Source: a virus (Duplodnaviria > Heunggongvirae > Uroviricota > Caudoviricetes). From it: a DNA stretch of 8,067 nt. The notes beneath the pieces are model-generated. The model was not told where the DNA came from, did no database searches, and saw only the letters and a list, made by a program, of their open reading frames with translations. This document shows positions 5,465 to 8,067 of this stretch, piece by piece; position 1 is the first letter of the stretch; every line of letters starts with the position of its first letter. Location of the stretch: the IMG/VR virus record IMGVR_UViG_2703718825_000004, one strand, 5' to 3'. The position numbers were made by a program, and so were the translations under genes.

Positions 5465-6112
5465 ATGATGGAAAGCCTTGGCATCAGGCTTAAGAGACTT
5501 AGAAAAGATAAGGGGCTGACCCAAGTAGAACTGGGTAAGCTTTCAGGCGTGACTGGGGTTACTATAGGGTACTGGGAGAAAGATCTAAACGAACCAGGTA
5601 GCAAAGCTCTAAGTAAGTTAGCCCAGGCATTAGGAACTACTGAGTCCTATCTCCTATATGGAGTATCGTCTCCTGAATTATCTTTTGTACAAAGTACCTC
5701 AGGCACCAAGATCCCCTACCTTTCGTGGGGTGAGGCGATTTCTTTCCTAATCTTAAAAGGAGAGAAAACAATGGGAAATGTCGATAGGATCACCACATTC
5801 TTTGATGTCGAGGAAGGTGATTTTGCCGTTTCAATGCCTGATGACACAATGCATAACCCATCAGGATCACCGAGTATCCCAGTTGGTGCTACTGTGATCC
5901 TAAGGCCAGGAGAAAGTTATAAAAATGGCAGCATCGTCGCTGTAATAGTTCCGGATCCGCTTAAAAATGAACCATCTATGACTATAAAGAAATTAGTTAT
6001 TGATGGGAAGCTTGTGTATTTAAGCCCTCTCAATCCACGCTATCAGTCATCCTTACTTACACCAGAGTGTAAAATTGTTGCCGTAGCAAAAGGTGTACAG
6101 TTCAACTTATAA
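5465..6112 (+). CDS. Lambda-CI-like prophage repressor (N-terminal HTH_XRE plus C-terminal LexA-like S24 peptidase domain)
   Basis: N-terminal LGIRLKRLRKDKGLTQVELGKLSGVTGVTIGYWEK is a classic XRE HTH. C-terminal region has the S24 Ser motif (AVSMPD) and Lys motif (TIKKLVIDGKLVYLSPLNPRY, close to lambda cI [20 protein letters not shown]). The ORF track starts at TTG 5453; ATG at 5465 or 5468 follows AGGAG at 5457-5461. Confidence 0.9.
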   Translation: MMESLGIRLKRLRKDKGLTQVELGKLSGVTGVTIGYWEKDLNEPGSKALSKLAQALGTTESYLLYGVSSPELSFVQSTSGTKIPYLSWGEAISFLILKGEKTMGNVDRITTFFDVEEGDFAVSMPDDTMHNPSGSPSIPVGATVILRPGESYKNGSIVAVIVPDPLKNEPSMTIKKLVIDGKLVYLSPLNPRYQSSLLTPECKIVAVAKGVQFNL

Positions 6113-6133
6113 CCCGCCACGTCCTTTACTTGA

Positions 6134-6159
6134 GGTCGGCAATGCCGACCTTTTTTTTT
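6134..6159 (+). terminator. Rho-independent terminator downstream of the cI-like gene
   Basis: Perfect 7-bp stem GGTCGGC / GCCGACC with 3-nt loop, followed by T9 (6151-6159), 22 nt after the stop codon. Confidence 0.75.
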
Positions 6160-6164
6160 AAATT

Positions 6165-6207
6165 AATCTAGATTTATCTTGACTGAAAAACTAAATACTT
6201 TTAGATT
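6165..6207 (+). promoter_or_regulatory. PL/PdicB-like promoter with operator-like palindromes
   Basis: TTGACT (6179-6184), 17-bp spacer, TAGATT (6202-6207). Perfect 10-bp palindrome AATCTAGATT at 6165-6174. CTAAATACTTTTAGATT at 6191-6207 is 15/17 identical to CTAAGTATTTTTAGATT at 5385-5401 in the OR-like region. Confidence 0.5.
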
Positions 6208-6387
6208 TATTACATACCACCCTACCTCGCCCCACAGAACGTCGGGCAATACCTCGAGTTACCCGGCAGTGGTCAGGGGTTAAGTAGCCAGCCCGAGGCG
6301 TATGAACATGACGGCGGGAACACTTTGTATAACAGCGCAGCAGGTTTTTAGTTCCGCGACCCGGCGTTAAGGGTAAATGAGGTCAAC

Positions 6388-6540
6388 ATGGATATGCTCA
6401 ATCTTGGCAACAATGAATCTCTGGTGTGCGGAGTATTCCCCAACCACGACGGCACGTTTACCGCGATGACGTATACCAGAAGTAAAACGTTTAAAACCGA
6501 AGCTGGCGCGCATCGCTGGTTAGCAAGAAACGCTAACTGA
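6388..6540 (+). CDS. Small protein, 50 aa (YdfA-like by position)
   Basis: ATG 6388 preceded by SD TGAGGT at 5-nt spacing. Translation MDMLNLGNNESLVCGVFPNHDGTFTAMTYTRSKTFKTEAGAHRWLARNAN. Below the ORF-track cutoff. The YdfA equivalence rests on gene order in the K-12 dicA-ydfABC-dicF-dicB operon and is not sequence-verified. Confidence 0.5.
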   Translation: MDMLNLGNNESLVCGVFPNHDGTFTAMTYTRSKTFKTEAGAHRWLARNAN

Positions 6541-6802
6541 TTAGCGCCAGTAAAAACAGGTTTCCACAGGTTAATTTACCCTGAAAAGTCAGGGCATAAC
6601 ACGAAAGCGCACGGCGAGATCCCTTTGCATATAAGTCTTGTCGTTAAATTTCTTCGACCGTGCGCTTCTGGTTGTGGCAATCCGCGAAATGGCGCGGCGG
6701 TAAGTATGGCGGGGTTATTCCTTCCCCCATTGAGGACACCGGGTTGTCAGGTTGACCATACGCTTAAGTGACAACCCCGCTGCAACGCCCTCTGTTATCA
6801 AT

Positions 6803-6855
6803 TTTCTGGTGACGTTTGGCGGTATCAGTTTTACTCCGTGACTGCTCTGCCGCCC
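6803..6855 (+). ncRNA. dicF: DicF small regulatory RNA (ftsZ-targeting sRNA of the Qin-type dicB operon)
   Basis: Sequence TTTCTGGTGACGTTTGGCGGTATCAGTTTTACTCCGTGACTGCTCTGCCGCCC matches the 53-nt DicF sequence as I recall it, followed by a T5 tail (6856-6860). It sits immediately upstream of dicB as in K-12. Confidence 0.85.
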
Positions 6856-7029
6856 TTTTTAAAGTGAATTTTGTGATGCGGTGAATGCGGCTGAGCGCAC
6901 GCGGAACAGTTAAAACCAAAAACAGTGTTATGGGTGGATTCTCTGTATCCGGCGTTAATTGTTAACTGGTTAACGTCACCTGGAGGCACCAGGCACTGCA
7001 TCACAAAATTCATTGTTGAGGACGCGATA

Positions 7030-7218
7030 ATGGAAACGTTATTACCAAACGTTAATACGTCTGAAGGTTGTTTTGAAATTGGTGTCACTATCAGTAACCC
7101 TGTATTTACTGAAGATGCCATTAACAAGAGAAAACACGAACGGGAGTTATTAAATAAAATATGCATTCTTTCAATGCTGGCCCGTTTACGTCCGATACAA
7201 AAAGGATGCTGGCAATGA
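7030..7218 (+). CDS. dicB: DicB cell-division inhibitor (MinC-activating), 62 aa
   Basis: Translation METLLPNVNTSEGCFEIGVTISNPVFTEDAINKRKHERELLNKICILSMLARLRPIQKGCWQ matches DicB as recalled. SD GAGGA 7 nt upstream of ATG 7030. The ORF-track frame 6925..7218 is an upstream extension crossing the DicF terminator. Confidence 0.9.
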   Translation: METLLPNVNTSEGCFEIGVTISNPVFTEDAINKRKHERELLNKICILSMLARLRPIQKGCWQ

Positions 7219-7406
7219 ATACAGCATTTGCACTTGTTCTGACAGTTTTTCTTGTTTCCGGAGAGCCAGTTGATATTGCAGTCAGTGTTCACAGGACAAT
7301 GCAGGAGTGTGTGACTGCAGCAACCGAACAGAAAATTCCCGGTAACTGTTACCCTGTCGATAAAGTTATTCACCAGGATAATAACGAAATCCCGGCAGGT
7401 CTTTAA
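7215..7406 (+). CDS. ydfD: YdfD (Qin-type prophage lysis-associated small membrane protein), 63 aa
   Basis: ATG 7215 overlaps the dicB stop (ATGA). Translation MNTAFALVLTVFLVSGEPVDIAVSVHRTMQEC... with an N-terminal TM helix; matches YdfD position and, from memory, sequence. The ORF-track frame starts earlier at 7161. Confidence 0.85.
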   Translation: MNTAFALVLTVFLVSGEPVDIAVSVHRTMQECVTAATEQKIPGNCYPVDKVIHQDNNEIPAGL

Positions 7407-7563
7407 AACAGTTCCGTAATAAACATCCGATTTCATTCTTATATGCCAGAAATGGCAGGGATTTGTTCACCCTTAAATCTGTAATGAGGTAAAACAAAAA
7501 ATTGTTTGCGAGGATAAACCCGGTATACCCCGCCCTGCCCTCGATTCCTGGGATGCTGAATAT

Positions 7564-8067
7564 ATGCAGGAAAACCGCTGGGATGAGGAGTCTGCTTCCT
7601 TTGTCCCGGTTGAGACTGAATCAGATCCGATGAACGTCACTTTTGACAAGCTGGCCCCTGAAGTACAGAACGCTGTCATGGTTAAGTTCGACACATGTGA
7701 AAACATCACCGTTGATATGGTGATTAGCGCGCAGGAATTGTTGCAGGAAGACATGGCAACATTCGACGGACATATCGTTGAAGCGTTGATGAAAATGCCA
7801 GAAGTTAACGCCATGTATCCGGAGCTTAAGCTGCATGCCATCGGGTGGGTTAAGCATAAATGTAAGCCTGGTGCCAAATGGCCCGAAATTCAGGCAGAGA
7901 TGCGCATCTGGAAAAAACGTCGCGAAGGTGAACGCAAGGAAACCGGAAAATACACGTCTGTTGTTGATCTCGCCCGCGCCAGAGCCAATCAACAGAACAC
8001 TGAAAATTCAACAGGAAAAATCAGCCCGGTCATTGCTGCCACTCATCGCGAATACAAGCAGACATGG
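7564..8067 (+). CDS. Hypothetical phage early protein, 5' partial (continues beyond window end); YdfE-like by position
   Basis: Open frame from ATG 7564 (alternative ATG 7630) to the window end with no stop: MQENRWDEESASFVPVETESDPMNVTFDKLAPEVQNAVMVKFD... Not in the ORF track because it is unterminated. Weak SD. The two minus-strand track ORFs here are antisense to it. Confidence 0.5.
   Translation, partial: MQENRWDEESASFVPVETESDPMNVTFDKLAPEVQNAVMVKFDTCENITVDMVISAQELLQEDMATFDGHIVEALMKMPEVNAMYPELKLHAIGWVKHKCKPGAKWPEIQAEMRIWKKRREGERKETGKYTSVVDLARARANQQNTENSTGKISPVIAATHREYKQTW

Noticed and set aside
5422-5604. Minus-strand ORF, 60 aa, overlapping the start of the cI-like gene
   Set aside because: Antisense to the clearly identified repressor gene and spans the operator region; no RBS.
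6579-6594. Lambda nut-site boxB (CCCTGAAAAGTCAGGG resembles GCCCTGAAAAAGGGC)
   Set aside because: No boxA-like element adjacent and no N-like antiterminator gene in the window. Kept only as part of the structured-leader finding.
6925-7029. N-terminal extension of the dicB frame in the ORF track (start at 6925)
   Set aside because: The extension runs back toward the DicF terminator. DicB as known starts at METLL (7030), which has a good SD.
7161-7214. N-terminal extension of the ydfD frame (start at 7161)
   Set aside because: The ATG at 7215 is coupled to the dicB stop (ATGA) and gives the 63-aa product expected for YdfD.
6831-7436. Minus-strand ORF, 201 aa, spanning dicF, dicB and ydfD
   Set aside because: The plus strand here carries sequence-recognised DicF, DicB and YdfD. 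The minus-strand product is Cys-rich low-complexity with no RBS.
7473-7992. Minus-strand ORFs 7473..7877 and 7621..7992
   Set aside because: Antisense to the unterminated plus-strand ORF, which is co-oriented with the dicB operon. Products are Ser/Cys-rich low-complexity.

Overview
This 8.07-kb window reads as a segment of a lambdoid (Qin/Rac-like) prophage in an Escherichia/Shigella-type genome. All protein and RNA identifications are from reading the translations and from memory of known sequences; no database search was run. The centre is an immunity switch: a CI-like repressor (HTH plus LexA-like S24 peptidase, + strand) divergent from a Cro-like gene and a YdaT (CII-position) gene (- strand). 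Continuing on the minus strand are an O-like replication initiator carrying two clusters of GTGAC iterons (putative ori), a lambda-P-like helicase loader, a 232-aa unknown protein, four translationally coupled small genes of unknown function, a 187-aa unknown gene, a 34-aa hydrophobic small ORF, and a hok/mok type I toxin locus at the left edge with no relBE. To the right of the repressor on the plus strand are an intrinsic terminator, a promoter with operator-like palindromes, a 50-aa ORF, an ORF-free structured leader, the DicF sRNA, DicB, YdfD and a partial ORF running off the window. No rRNA, tRNA, CRISPR array, transposase or integrase was seen. I could not identify a clearly novel system; the best candidates for undescribed function are the uncharacterised coupled four-gene cassette and the 187-aa gene plus 34-aa membrane ORF next to hok.
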